DNA of 64,000 nt from Enterobacteria phage vB_EcoM_IME341: sequence record MH051917. One strand, 5' to 3'. The notes beneath the pieces are model-generated. The model had not been told where the DNA came from and made no database searches. It saw only the letters and a program-made list of their open reading frames with translations. A program made the position numbers and the translations under genes. Positions 10,384-18,764 of this stretch are shown piece after piece (within the stretch, counting starts at the first letter, position 1; each line of letters begins with the position of its first letter).

Positions 10384-10848
10384 ATGAAAACTTACAATGA
10401 ATTTTTGACTGAACAATCTAGTTCAGATGTAAAAGCCGCTGCGATTGCAGCAATTCAAGCAGGTAAATATTCTTACAAAGACGCCTCTGATGAAGAACGT
10501 TTCCGTTTTATTAAAGATTTTAAAGCCGAAGGTTTTACTAATGCTAATACTGTTAGCCGAGTTTTTAAAAGCCTAGCTGCATCAGGTGAATTGTTCCAGA
10601 AAGCTACAGGTAAAGCACCTGCGCCAAAAGCGGACCCTAAAGCCGCTCAAGAAAAAAATATCGCCAAAGGAATTATTTCTAAGTATGAAGCAATTCTTAA
10701 AGAGCTTTTAGTAATCAAAACAGAAGGCCAGAAACTGGCACGGGCACATAGCTTCAAAGATAATCCGCATGCTCACGACTTAGAGTATGTTGAAGATATT
10801 CAGAAAATCATCAAAGACCGTATCTGGTCTGCTAAACAAATCAAATAA
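10384..10848 (+). CDS. internal-protein-like protein with capsid-targeting sequence
   Basis: N-terminus [11 protein letters not shown]; 154 aa; flanked by two near-identical terminators. Confidence 0.65.
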   Translation: MKTYNEFLTEQSSSDVKAAAIAAIQAGKYSYKDASDEERFRFIKDFKAEGFTNANTVSRVFKSLAASGELFQKATGKAPAPKADPKAAQEKNIAKGIISKYEAILKELLVIKTEGQKLARAHSFKDNPHAHDLEYVEDIQKIIKDRIWSAKQIK

Positions 10849-10852
10849 CGAA

Positions 10853-10872
10853 AGCCCCGTCTGGGGTTTTTT
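10853..10872 (+). terminator. weak intrinsic terminator
   Basis: cccc-gtct-gggg followed by TTTTTT. Confidence 0.4.
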
Positions 10873-10962
10873 GGTTAACTTAGAGAAATATATGAAACTT
10901 TTAAAATAAAGCTATGTTAGCCTTCCACATAAACCCATTCCGGTTCTACAAGAACTGATTCT

Positions 10963-10991
10963 AGGCCCTTCCGAAAGGTTGGGCCTTTTTT
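10963..10991 (+). terminator. intrinsic terminator (duplicate of the 10315 module)
   Basis: aggccc-ttccgaaaggtt-gggcct + TTTTTT; loop identical to 10315 terminator. Confidence 0.65.
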
Positions 10992-11014
10992 GTTTCTAAA
11001 AGTTTAAAAAAGTT

Positions 11015-11043
11015 GTTTACACCTCCTTTAAACATGATACTAT
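11015..11043 (+). promoter_or_regulatory. early promoter cassette
   Basis: gtttacacctcctttaaacatgatactatagacctatcaaaacaa. Confidence 0.6.
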
Positions 11044-11078
11044 AGACCTATCAAAACAACAGAGTGAAGGAGAGTAAA

Positions 11079-11342
11079 ATGGATAATTATGGTGAATTGT
11101 TTAATTTCTTTATGAAATGCGTTCCTGAAGAATTTGGTGCTACTGTTAACGATATTAAGGTTATAGGTGACGACCATCCTATATTTGAAACGTATGCAGT
11201 AATGGGTAATGATGATGGCCAGTGGTATACCGTAAAGGTTGTGGTTAATATGTTTGCCGCCGAAGGTTATGTTAAATTGTCTACCAAAGTTTATCATGAT
11301 AACGATTTTGATGCGGAAGAGTATTTCAATAATATGAAATAA
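11079..11342 (+). CDS. hypothetical protein
   Basis: 87 aa from ATG after SD GGAG; ORF-track start 11064 is GTG in the leader. Confidence 0.5.
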   Translation: MDNYGELFNFFMKCVPEEFGATVNDIKVIGDDHPIFETYAVMGNDDGQWYTVKVVVNMFAAEGYVKLSTKVYHDNDFDAEEYFNNMK

Positions 11343-11344
11343 TT

Positions 11345-11374
11345 GTTTACATGGGCTCATGATTAAGATATTAT
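11345..11374 (+). promoter_or_regulatory. early promoter (GTTTAC / TATTAT) with flanking inverted repeat
   Basis: gtttacatgggctcatgattaagatattatgagcccat; arms atgggctcat / atgagcccat. Confidence 0.5.
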
Positions 11375-11399
11375 GAGCCCATAATTTGAGGAGAACATA

Positions 11400-11798
11400 A
11401 TGAATATCGAAGATAAAGAAATGCAAGAGTTGTACAATTCATTAACGCCTGAACAACAAAAAGCTGCCAAAGAATTAGAGAAAGCTCTTACTTTCAACTT
11501 GGCAAAAACTGATTGGGCTGCCATGTATGAAGAAAAAACTAGATTAGAACTTGAAGCGGTCGAGAGAAATGAATGGATTGTCGAAACCAAGATTTCTGAT
11601 GGTGGTTGCTCTGTTGAGGTGTCAGCTGTAGTTAAAGGTACCCATGGCGAAAAATCATGGGGCTGGCATAATGAGACAAACAAATATATTGTTCTCTCAA
11701 CGTCAAAAACTTATGGCCAAAGGGCTCCTGTATCCAAAGCTATTATTAAGCAAGCTCAATGGGAAGCCAATGAAATCTGCCTCGCAAAAATGAAATAA
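11400..11798 (+). CDS. hypothetical protein
   Basis: 132 aa, SD GAGGAG upstream. Confidence 0.5.
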   Translation: MNIEDKEMQELYNSLTPEQQKAAKELEKALTFNLAKTDWAAMYEEKTRLELEAVERNEWIVETKISDGGCSVEVSAVVKGTHGEKSWGWHNETNKYIVLSTSKTYGQRAPVSKAIIKQAQWEANEICLAKMK

Positions 11799-11801
11799 AA
11801 T

Positions 11802-11831
11802 GTTTACATCCCTCAGAGGACAGGGTATAAT
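11802..11831 (+). promoter_or_regulatory. early promoter (GTTTAC / TATAAT) with inverted repeat
   Basis: gtttacatccctcagaggacagggtataatgtcctc. Confidence 0.55.
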
Positions 11832-11873
11832 GTCCTCATGGATTATAAATCTTAACCAACTGAAGGAAATACT

Positions 11874-12467
11874 ATGAACACTTTAAAGAAAATCGTTGAA
11901 TTCATCCGTTCTAAACTGGGTACTGCAATGGCTCAGAACCTGTCAATCGAAGACCAGTATACTAAAGCTGCTTCTACCCTGATTGATAAAATCACTGAAC
12001 TCCAGACTGCTCATGTTAAGTCTGTGAATGAAGAAAAACGTATTCGGGCGTTGGCTAATGAAAAAGACCAGCTTGCTGCTTCTAAAGAACGTGAAATTCG
12101 TAAACTGATTGCCGAAGGCGCTGATGTCCAGGTACATGCTAAACTCGGCCTCCTTTATCGTCGTACGGCTACTCAGCTTCGTAAGAAAGCCGATGATTAT
12201 ATCGAAATGCGTAATGAAATTAAACTGAAGGTCAAGGAACTTGATGACTCTCGTCAGGAACTGGCTGTTAAGCTCGAGTACATCCGTGAAACTCGTAATA
12301 TGGCTGCCCTTGGTATTGCTACTGCCGATGATGTTGTTGAAATCGCTGCACTGACTAAGATTGATATTGAAGATACCCTGCTGCGTGTAGAAACGTTTAA
12401 AGGCCCACAGGTTGGAATGGATACGACTTCTGCTGATATCGACGACTACATTAATTCACTTAAGTAA
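11874..12467 (+). CDS. coiled-coil protein, tentatively PspA/IM30-like
   Basis: 197 aa, long predicted helices rich in E/K/R/A/L; family assignment not verified. Confidence 0.5.
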   Translation: MNTLKKIVEFIRSKLGTAMAQNLSIEDQYTKAASTLIDKITELQTAHVKSVNEEKRIRALANEKDQLAASKEREIRKLIAEGADVQVHAKLGLLYRRTATQLRKKADDYIEMRNEIKLKVKELDDSRQELAVKLEYIRETRNMAALGIATADDVVEIAALTKIDIEDTLLRVETFKGPQVGMDTTSADIDDYINSLK

Positions 12468-12478
12468 TGTTACCGGGA

Positions 12479-12500
12479 GACTTCGGTCTCCCTATTTGGA
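12479..12500 (+). terminator. stem-loop / weak terminator
   Basis: gggagac-ttcg-gtctccc followed by TATTT. Confidence 0.35.
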
Positions 12501-12515
12501 GGAGAGGAGAATATT

Positions 12516-13058
12516 ATGAGTTTATATGATGACCTGATATCAAATATTGATTGGTTTAAACATAGCGGTCTTTCCCATGAAACTAATGCAGTTCTTTATA
12601 GAATTCGCCAAGACCTAGGTTATTCCAATGATTTCTTAAGTCGAACAAGTAGCCATGGACACACTACCAAATTGCCCTTTATCTTCGCTTTAGCTGAAGA
12701 CCTTTCTTTTGCAGAAGCTTTAGAAATTATTGACGTAAATCTGGGTATTCAACGAGTGGAATTCGCTGGATTATGCTATTCAGTATACGCTTTAAATGAA
12801 CCAAGTGATTGTAAACAGCTTGTTGATGCTGACGATGATTACCATTTAGTATGCTATTTGATGTTAGAAAATGGTGACCACTTTGGTATGGTCGACCGCC
12901 GCCCGAGTTATTCGGATATTAAAAATTACGATAAAGATGAGCTTATTATTTTGGCTAATGAGTATACATCAGAGATTCGAAAACAACAACGGAAGCTTAA
13001 TCGTTTTATTGCTGAATGTCGCGAATACGCTAAAGAGGTTCAAAATGGAACGGCCTAG
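12516..13058 (+). CDS. hypothetical protein
   Basis: 180 aa, SD GGAGGAGAGG upstream. Confidence 0.5.
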   Translation: MSLYDDLISNIDWFKHSGLSHETNAVLYRIRQDLGYSNDFLSRTSSHGHTTKLPFIFALAEDLSFAEALEIIDVNLGIQRVEFAGLCYSVYALNEPSDCKQLVDADDDYHLVCYLMLENGDHFGMVDRRPSYSDIKNYDKDELIILANEYTSEIRKQQRKLNRFIAECREYAKEVQNGTA

Positions 13059-13398
13059 TCTTTCATCACATGTTTATCAATTGGCTGAATATGATATTGC
13101 TATTTCCTTATTTATGGGAATTGTCACCGGTATGCTAGGAGGTTTGGTTGGTCTGGTAATGACCACGGTTATGGCGGCAATCGAAGGAGTCACGCCTATT
13201 GAGATGGGTTTTTATATGATAATCGCTCCGGCTGTCGTGGCTTATTTTATCCCTGTTGTGTATGATATTTGCCATACAAACGCTTTGAATGCTCCCATCC
13301 GTAAGAGATATGCTTTAGAGATGGCTAATTATAATGAGCATGTAAAACAAACTAAACGTAATGACCTTGAAATCTTTATTAAGGAATGTAAATCATGA
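13045..13398 (+). CDS. small membrane protein
   Basis: 117 aa from ATG 13045 (ORF-track start 12871 is inside preceding gene); two hydrophobic helices; C-terminus FIKECKS. Confidence 0.5.
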   Translation: MERPSLSSHVYQLAEYDIAISLFMGIVTGMLGGLVGLVMTTVMAAIEGVTPIEMGFYMIIAPAVVAYFIPVVYDICHTNALNAPIRKRYALEMANYNEHVKQTKRNDLEIFIKECKS

Positions 13399-13685
13399 AT
13401 AAAATTGAAATCGAAATCCCAGAACACAACGATGAGAAATCTGCAGAAAAGGCTATCTATGCTCTTCTGAATAAAGTGAATACCATCGAACATGAATGTG
13501 AAGCTATTGCCGATAAGTATGGTATCCAATTCGGTACCGGTGATTATGGTTCAGGCCGTACATATTATCCTGTCGGTTATGAATGCTCCCAGTGGTTTAA
13601 AGATGAAATTGAAAACAACGGCGGTGAAGTTGAAAACGGCGTCGTTACAGTTGGTGCTTGGGTCTCCTCTTCAGCAATGTGCTAA
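13395..13685 (+). CDS. small acidic protein, WxSSSxxC-tail family member 1
   Basis: 96 aa, ends GAWVSSSAMC; first of five tandem paralogs. Confidence 0.55.
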   Translation: MNKIEIEIPEHNDEKSAEKAIYALLNKVNTIEHECEAIADKYGIQFGTGDYGSGRTYYPVGYECSQWFKDEIENNGGEVENGVVTVGAWVSSSAMC

Positions 13686-13694
13686 GGAAACGCT

Positions 13695-13976
13695 ATGATG
13701 AATGATAACCATAACAACCCGGAGCTTCTGGCCGCAGTAAAAGAAATCCATGAAGCTATTCGTCGTGCTGAGGAAATTGCAGACAAATATGAGACTCATT
13801 TTAATATATACCCTGCTCGCGGTATGGGCGGTGACTATTATTCTCCTGGCGCCCTGAAAGCTGACCTGGCCCACTGGGAAGAAGATGGTCATCCTGAATG
13901 GGCTATTGTTAATACTCATGACTATACAACTGACCTGGAAAATGGTGGTTGGGTGTCCTCTTCTTCTGAATGTTAA
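13695..13976 (+). CDS. small acidic protein, WxSSSxxC-tail family member 2
   Basis: 93 aa, ends GGWVSSSSEC. Confidence 0.55.
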   Translation: MMNDNHNNPELLAAVKEIHEAIRRAEEIADKYETHFNIYPARGMGGDYYSPGALKADLAHWEEDGHPEWAIVNTHDYTTDLENGGWVSSSSEC

Positions 13977-13985
13977 GGAATTATT

Positions 13986-14183
13986 ATGTCTCGTGAATTA
14001 GATTGTGCAATCCGTACTGCAGCCGCAGCTATTGAAAACGTTATCCAGATTTGTAAAGAAGAACGCGAAGAAGCCGATATCTATATCGATGGTGTTCGTG
14101 ACCTAGAACGACATATCACGCTTTATAACGGTTGTATTACTATTAGTGGTACCTCTTGGGTGTCCTCCTCTTACGAATGCTAA
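13986..14183 (+). CDS. small protein, WxSSSxxC-tail family member 3
   Basis: 65 aa, ends TSWVSSSYEC. Confidence 0.55.
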   Translation: MSRELDCAIRTAAAAIENVIQICKEEREEADIYIDGVRDLERHITLYNGCITISGTSWVSSSYEC

Positions 14184-14192
14184 GGAAATAAA

Positions 14193-14402
14193 ATGACTAT
14201 TGATGAAATTGAAAAACAAATCCGTGAATTAGTACGTAAAGGCCAGTCTGTGGCTGACGAAACAGGTCAGCACTTCCACGCTGGTGGCGAAGAATATATT
14301 CCAGCTTCTAGTCCGGAATATGATGATTACGAATGGGTCCGTGATGACTACGGTATTCCTGAAGGTGAAGGTTTCTGGTTTAGCTCCTCTATGTCTTGCT
14401 AA
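14193..14402 (+). CDS. small acidic protein, WxSSSxxC-tail family member 4
   Basis: 69 aa, ends GFWFSSSMSC. Confidence 0.55.
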   Translation: MTIDEIEKQIRELVRKGQSVADETGQHFHAGGEEYIPASSPEYDDYEWVRDDYGIPEGEGFWFSSSMSC

Positions 14403-14412
14403 GGTGATAAAA

Positions 14413-14637
14413 ATGACTGATATTAATGAATTAGAAAAAGCGGCACTTGAACTGGCTGCACTGTATAAGAAAGTAAAAGATATGGCTTCTGCTCAGGATT
14501 TTGGTGTTGAGCTCGATGATTATGACGGTGAAGTTCGTCTCGAAGATTGGCTGAATAGCTCTTGTTATGGTGAAGAAGCTGGTCGCACCTTCGTTGCTCG
14601 GTCCGATGGTAAAATCTGGTACCCAAGCTCATGCTAA
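14413..14637 (+). CDS. small acidic protein, WxSSSxxC-tail family member 5
   Basis: 74 aa from ATG 14413 (SD AAGGTGA), ends KIWYPSSC. Confidence 0.5.
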   Translation: MTDINELEKAALELAALYKKVKDMASAQDFGVELDDYDGEVRLEDWLNSSCYGEEAGRTFVARSDGKIWYPSSC

Positions 14638-14858
14638 AATTGAAAAAACGATACATTCGTAAAATAAACGGTCTTCGCGATTATGCCAAAGGTTGGCCAC
14701 TAAGTATTATTATGGCTGATAGACACCCACGTTATAATACCGAGATGACTTATTACAAAAAGTATGATTCGTATTGTCGGTCTAAAGCAGGCCGTTTAGA
14801 TGGTTCTTACGAAGACTATTTTGGTAAAAAACCTACTCGTGTTTCGTTAGGAAAATAA
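14631..14858 (+). CDS. hypothetical basic protein
   Basis: 75 aa ORF overlapping previous stop; no clear SD. Confidence 0.35.
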   Translation: MLKLKKRYIRKINGLRDYAKGWPLSIIMADRHPRYNTEMTYYKKYDSYCRSKAGRLDGSYEDYFGKKPTRVSLGK

Positions 14859-14888
14859 TTTAACCACATGGATGTGGTAGGAGGACTT

Positions 14889-15218
14889 ATGCATAAAGAT
14901 TCAGTATTCAAATATCTTTTGAAAACAGATAAAGAATTCTATATGAATGGGCAAGCCTTCTTGTTCGTTCGTGGTAAACGTGAGATGTTTTACAAATGCG
15001 ACCTCTCAATGCACCATCATATGTATCACACCCATGGCGAGCCTATACTGGGGTTCTCTGGTGACGAAACTAGACGTATAGCTATGTACTACGACCATTT
15101 TAAGCTCAATGATTGTGGTGACAACGCTCTGGTCTGGAATCCATCTTGGCGTCGTTGGGATACGGTAGACAACGATAAATTATTTTTAGAATATTGCAGA
15201 AGTGATGTACAACTCTAA
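14889..15218 (+). CDS. hypothetical His-rich protein
   Basis: 109 aa from ATG after SD AGGAGGA; alternative start 14868. Confidence 0.45.
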   Translation: MHKDSVFKYLLKTDKEFYMNGQAFLFVRGKREMFYKCDLSMHHHMYHTHGEPILGFSGDETRRIAMYYDHFKLNDCGDNALVWNPSWRRWDTVDNDKLFLEYCRSDVQL

Positions 15219-15261
15219 AAATACGTGTTACTATTACCCTACACAAACATGAGGAGAACAT

Positions 15262-15501
15262 ATGTGGTATTACGCTCCGATGTCCGATAAGTCTAATGAA
15301 CCGGTACGCATTACTCGTGCCAAGTTTAAAAAGATTTATGGCTTTGCTTATAAGAAGTCTGATTACGGTGTTCGTTTTGAAGATGCTCACTGTATCAATG
15401 ACCCTTATGCAGAAGAAATTTCTAATGAGATAATTCCTATCGTTGAGAGTAATTCCAATGATATGTGGGAATTGCATAACACTTACGTTGCCGAAATTTA
15501 A
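15262..15501 (+). CDS. hypothetical protein
   Basis: 79 aa, SD GAGGAG upstream. Confidence 0.5.
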   Translation: MWYYAPMSDKSNEPVRITRAKFKKIYGFAYKKSDYGVRFEDAHCINDPYAEEISNEIIPIVESNSNDMWELHNTYVAEI

Positions 15502-15520
15502 GTTTACTGAGGAAAATATT

Positions 15521-16480
15521 ATGATGCTAGTTATTGGTTCTCGCGCACTGCACCACGCTGGTCTGATTGAAAATAAGTATATCGAAAATTCTGATTGGGA
15601 TTTCATTGCCGACCAAGGCTCATGGAACCACTTTAAAGCTCGGATGTTCGGCGCCCATGTACACGTTGACAATCCTGATGTTCAGGCTTTCAAATGTATG
15701 CATAATGGTAAAGAAACCTATTTCGAAGCTTATATCGTCCGTGCTCTGACTAACGTACGTGAAATCACTGGTGAGCTCCAAGACGAAGATTTCACCTCAA
15801 GTTATCGTCTCCTGAAATATGCTGAAAATCGTATTAAAAAGGACCGTCTTACAGGTTTCTATTGGGCTACGCCTGATATCTGTCTGGCTATCAAAACCTC
15901 TCATCGTTTCCTGAAGAATAATCCTTTCTTCTTGAAAACTATGTCCCACATCAAATACCTTCGTAATAAAGGTATCACCCTGAATGAAGAACTCCAGGAA
16001 ATTATGCTGCAGCGTCAAAAAGAAACGTTGAGCTATTCCCACCCTAAATTGGATGTAAACAAATCATCGTTCTTTAACGATACCATTTATACGCTAGACC
16101 ACGACTCTATCCATGAAGCCGTGGCATTGGCAGGGCGCCCGGCATATACCTTTTATATGAAGGAAGGTTCTGAAGTCATGACCTCTCGTGAGAAGTTCGA
16201 GGCTTTGCCTGAAGCTATTAAACTGGCTGGTGTATATGAAGAAACTTGTGTCCTGGCACTAGAACGTTCACAGGTTCCTAATGACTTCAATATTTCACCA
16301 TCATTAAGTTTCTATATGGCTCTTGAGAAAGTGTGTACCTCAATCACTTCAGGTTGGTTCCGTGAGTACGCCTGGGAAAACTACCAAGCTGTGGTTAATA
16401 TGTACAAGACTTTAGGTGAAAACGACTACATCAAACGATTCCAAGATAACCATCATTTAATTCGTCCTTTCGAAAAATAA
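15521..16480 (+). CDS. hypothetical protein, possible nucleotidyltransferase-fold N-terminus
   Basis: 320 aa from ATG 15521 (SD GAGGAA); N-terminal GS...DWD resembles a loose Pol-beta NTase motif. Confidence 0.5.
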   Translation: MMLVIGSRALHHAGLIENKYIENSDWDFIADQGSWNHFKARMFGAHVHVDNPDVQAFKCMHNGKETYFEAYIVRALTNVREITGELQDEDFTSSYRLLKYAENRIKKDRLTGFYWATPDICLAIKTSHRFLKNNPFFLKTMSHIKYLRNKGITLNEELQEIMLQRQKETLSYSHPKLDVNKSSFFNDTIYTLDHDSIHEAVALAGRPAYTFYMKEGSEVMTSREKFEALPEAIKLAGVYEETCVLALERSQVPNDFNISPSLSFYMALEKVCTSITSGWFREYAWENYQAVVNMYKTLGENDYIKRFQDNHHLIRPFEK

Positions 16481-16492
16481 TTGCATAAAATT

Positions 16493-16521
16493 GTTTACAA
16501 GGTCTATAGGCATGATACTAT
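16493..16521 (+). promoter_or_regulatory. early promoter cassette
   Basis: gtttacaaggtctataggcatgatactatagacctatcaaaacaa, identical to the 7206 copy. Confidence 0.6.
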
Positions 16522-16558
16522 AGACCTATCAAAACAACAGAGTGAAATGGAGAATAAA

Positions 16559-16771
16559 ATGAAACTTTCTAACCAAGCAATCAACATGTTAAACGAAGTT
16601 CGTGCAGCTGGTGCTAAATGCCTGATGGTTAACACTCGTGACGGTGACCTTCGTCAAGCATTCGGTGAATTGAAATCTGCTGACCTGGTTAAATGTTCAG
16701 TTGGTATCGGTAACGCACTTCGTGTATCCTTATCCCCTAAAGGTAAAATGTACTTTTTCAACAAAAAGTAA
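16559..16771 (+). CDS. hypothetical protein
   Basis: 70 aa from ATG after cassette SD GGAG; ORF-track start 16481 is a TTG inside the promoter. Confidence 0.5.
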   Translation: MKLSNQAINMLNEVRAAGAKCLMVNTRDGDLRQAFGELKSADLVKCSVGIGNALRVSLSPKGKMYFFNKK

Positions 16772-16785
16772 GTGAGGAAAATATT

Positions 16786-17472
16786 ATGAACGGTCCAAAA
16801 ACTTTTAATTCTAAAGCTCGTGCAGTAGGTGGTTTCGCTGGTAAAATTTCTAATGATAAAATCAAAAACGAACCTATGTTCTTCAACAGCTCGTTGGCCT
16901 TCGCTTTTGATAATGGTGGCCCTATTACTCGCAGCTTCATCATGAACCTACCGGATGATTGGAACACTGACCGGGTTGTATTTGATTCTCGTGTTCATAT
17001 GCTGATGCCTGGCTGGTACCCTGCTATCCCAGGTTATCACCATGATGATGTACCACGTCCGGATATTCCGGTTGGCCAACACTTTATTACCGCAGGGCAG
17101 CCTGATTATGATAATCCTCGTTACCATTCTGAACATATTCTTGGTCTTGTTAACGCTGATGTGTGTCCTACCCATTTTGCAACCGGAACTGCGCAATTTA
17201 GCCAGATTCCTGAAGGCGAACTTATCTATCGCCAGTGGCATAAAGAAGTTCTGGAAAAAATTGAGTCCAATGAATTAACCAAGTGGGATGCTCCTGACCG
17301 CACGTTGCTCCAATTTGATTGGCAGACATGGCATACAGGTTCTCGTGCAGTAAGTAACGGTTGGCGCTGGTTTGGTCGTGTCTCTCGTAATACCGACCGT
17401 GTTAAAAAGATTACTAATGAAATCCGTGTTAATGCTCAAGTTTATCTGGAATTCCCTATGGAGGGCTGGTAA
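16786..17472 (+). CDS. hypothetical protein
   Basis: 228 aa, SD GAGGAA upstream. Confidence 0.55.
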   Translation: MNGPKTFNSKARAVGGFAGKISNDKIKNEPMFFNSSLAFAFDNGGPITRSFIMNLPDDWNTDRVVFDSRVHMLMPGWYPAIPGYHHDDVPRPDIPVGQHFITAGQPDYDNPRYHSEHILGLVNADVCPTHFATGTAQFSQIPEGELIYRQWHKEVLEKIESNELTKWDAPDRTLLQFDWQTWHTGSRAVSNGWRWFGRVSRNTDRVKKITNEIRVNAQVYLEFPMEGW

Positions 17473-18059
17473 TGGCCCTTTATGAACCCGGGTGTATGGG
17501 CATTGATGTAAACTTCATCCGTCGGTCGGAAAATGCCGGAATTATTATCCCAAGAGGTGAGAATATGATTATTAAAAAGTCCTGGCGAAATCTCGATGAC
17601 GGTGATGAAGGAATTTCAGCCAGTACAATAGATTGGTCAGGTTGTACTGCTGAAATGAAACAGCTTTTAATTGAGGAATATAAAATGGGTTATATCGTAA
17701 ACGGTTGGCAACCTGAACCACATAAAGAGCAGACTCCGGACCCGTTGATTTGTTATAGTAAAAAATACGGCTTTCGCGCATGGAGTGACGAATATGACAA
17801 ATTAGTGAGTTCTAGGTTCTATGTTTGGATGGGAATATTATTTTTTCCACTCCTTTGGTTTTTCCTGACAACAGATAATGACCTGCCTATTTGTGTATTC
17901 GCTTCAGCGATGTCTGCGGCTATCTCGGGTCTTATTGCGTCATTTTTATGGACCTCGGTTATCGAAGTACCTTTTCGTATTTCTAAAGTTAAAAAGGTAT
18001 ATGATGATATCTCCAAGAAAAATACATTAAACTCTTTTATTGAGGAATGCCGTAAATGA
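17472..18059 (+). CDS. membrane protein
   Basis: TAATG overlap with previous gene; alternative start about 17565 after SD AGAGGTGA; hydrophobic segments; C-terminus FIEECRK. Confidence 0.5.
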   Translation: MALYEPGCMGIDVNFIRRSENAGIIIPRGENMIIKKSWRNLDDGDEGISASTIDWSGCTAEMKQLLIEEYKMGYIVNGWQPEPHKEQTPDPLICYSKKYGFRAWSDEYDKLVSSRFYVWMGILFFPLLWFFLTTDNDLPICVFASAMSAAISGLIASFLWTSVIEVPFRISKVKKVYDDISKKNTLNSFIEECRK

Positions 18060-18292
18060 GTATTGCAATTTATATTAAATCTGAGTCATGTGATTCTTAT
18101 CTGTATTCCTATGATACCGGAACGTCAGAAGAAAAAATCAAAGAAGATTTAGAAAGCGACTTGGATATGTTCCGACCTATTTCTGATTATATGGTCCAAA
18201 TATCTGATAGTGAAAGTCCGTCAACAGAAACGTGTGTTGAAATTATTATACGAGATATCTTTAAACAATCATGGGACCGAGACAATGAGTAA
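18056..18292 (+). CDS. small acidic protein
   Basis: 78 aa, ATGA overlap with upstream gene. Confidence 0.45.
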   Translation: MSIAIYIKSESCDSYLYSYDTGTSEEKIKEDLESDLDMFRPISDYMVQISDSESPSTETCVEIIIRDIFKQSWDRDNE

Positions 18293-18734
18293 GAAAGCTA
18301 AGGAATTATCGGCAGGTATTTTGTTCATGACTGTTGATAAAGAACTGGTCATGGGGCGTGTAACAGGCTCTCGTAATCCAGAGAATATGCGTCATAAATG
18401 GGACATTCCTAAAGGTCATGTCGAACCAGGCGAAGAGCCTATTCAAGCGGCAATGCGTGAAACCGAAGAAGAGATTGGATTCACAGCATACGATCCTGCG
18501 TTCCTGAAAGACCTAGGTGAGTTCAAATATTCAAGCAATAAGAATCTACATCTGTTCTTATATACGGTGCCTGTGGAACACGAGCAGTTCAAGAATTGCA
18601 AATGTACGGCTTACCATACGTTCCCTGACGGTCGCACGATTCCTGAATTCGATGCGTTTGCCTTGATTAAACGTCCACAATGGGAATATGTCATGGGTAA
18701 GTCGATGTTTAAGGTTTTAGATTCGCTCTTTTGA
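18285..18734 (+). CDS. nudE: Nudix hydrolase (T4 NudE / e.1-like)
   Basis: Nudix box GHVEPGEEPIQAAMRETEEEIG; immediately upstream of lysozyme gene e as T4 e.1. Confidence 0.8.
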   Translation: MSKKAKELSAGILFMTVDKELVMGRVTGSRNPENMRHKWDIPKGHVEPGEEPIQAAMRETEEEIGFTAYDPAFLKDLGEFKYSSNKNLHLFLYTVPVEHEQFKNCKCTAYHTFPDGRTIPEFDAFALIKRPQWEYVMGKSMFKVLDSLF

Positions 18735-18742
18735 TATAAATA
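18735..18742 (+). promoter_or_regulatory. T4-type late promoter TATAAATA for gene e
   Basis: Exact TATAAATA 23 nt upstream of e start, overlapping the 5' arm of an RBS hairpin. Confidence 0.6.
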
Positions 18743-18764
18743 CCTCCTATACTCAGGAGGTATT

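Noticed and set aside
11040-11683. Minus-strand ORFs 11040-11426 and 11363-11683
   Set aside because: Antisense to plus-strand genes and promoters in an AT-rich region; low-complexity translations; no RBS.
12871-13398. ORF-track start at 12871 for the membrane protein
   Set aside because: The first 58 codons lie inside the preceding gene in another frame; the ATG at 13045 begins the hydrophobic protein.
15106-15672. Minus-strand 188-aa ORF
   Set aside because: Overlaps three plus-strand ORFs that have SDs and coupled starts; no RBS on the minus strand.
16481-16771. Shared N-termini MENKMK / MHKIVYKVYRHDTIDLSKQQSEMENKMK in several ORF-track entries (7829, 16481, 29561, 51679, 60032)
   Set aside because: Artefacts of TTG/GTG starts read through the conserved promoter-leader cassette; real starts are the ATG after the cassette SD.
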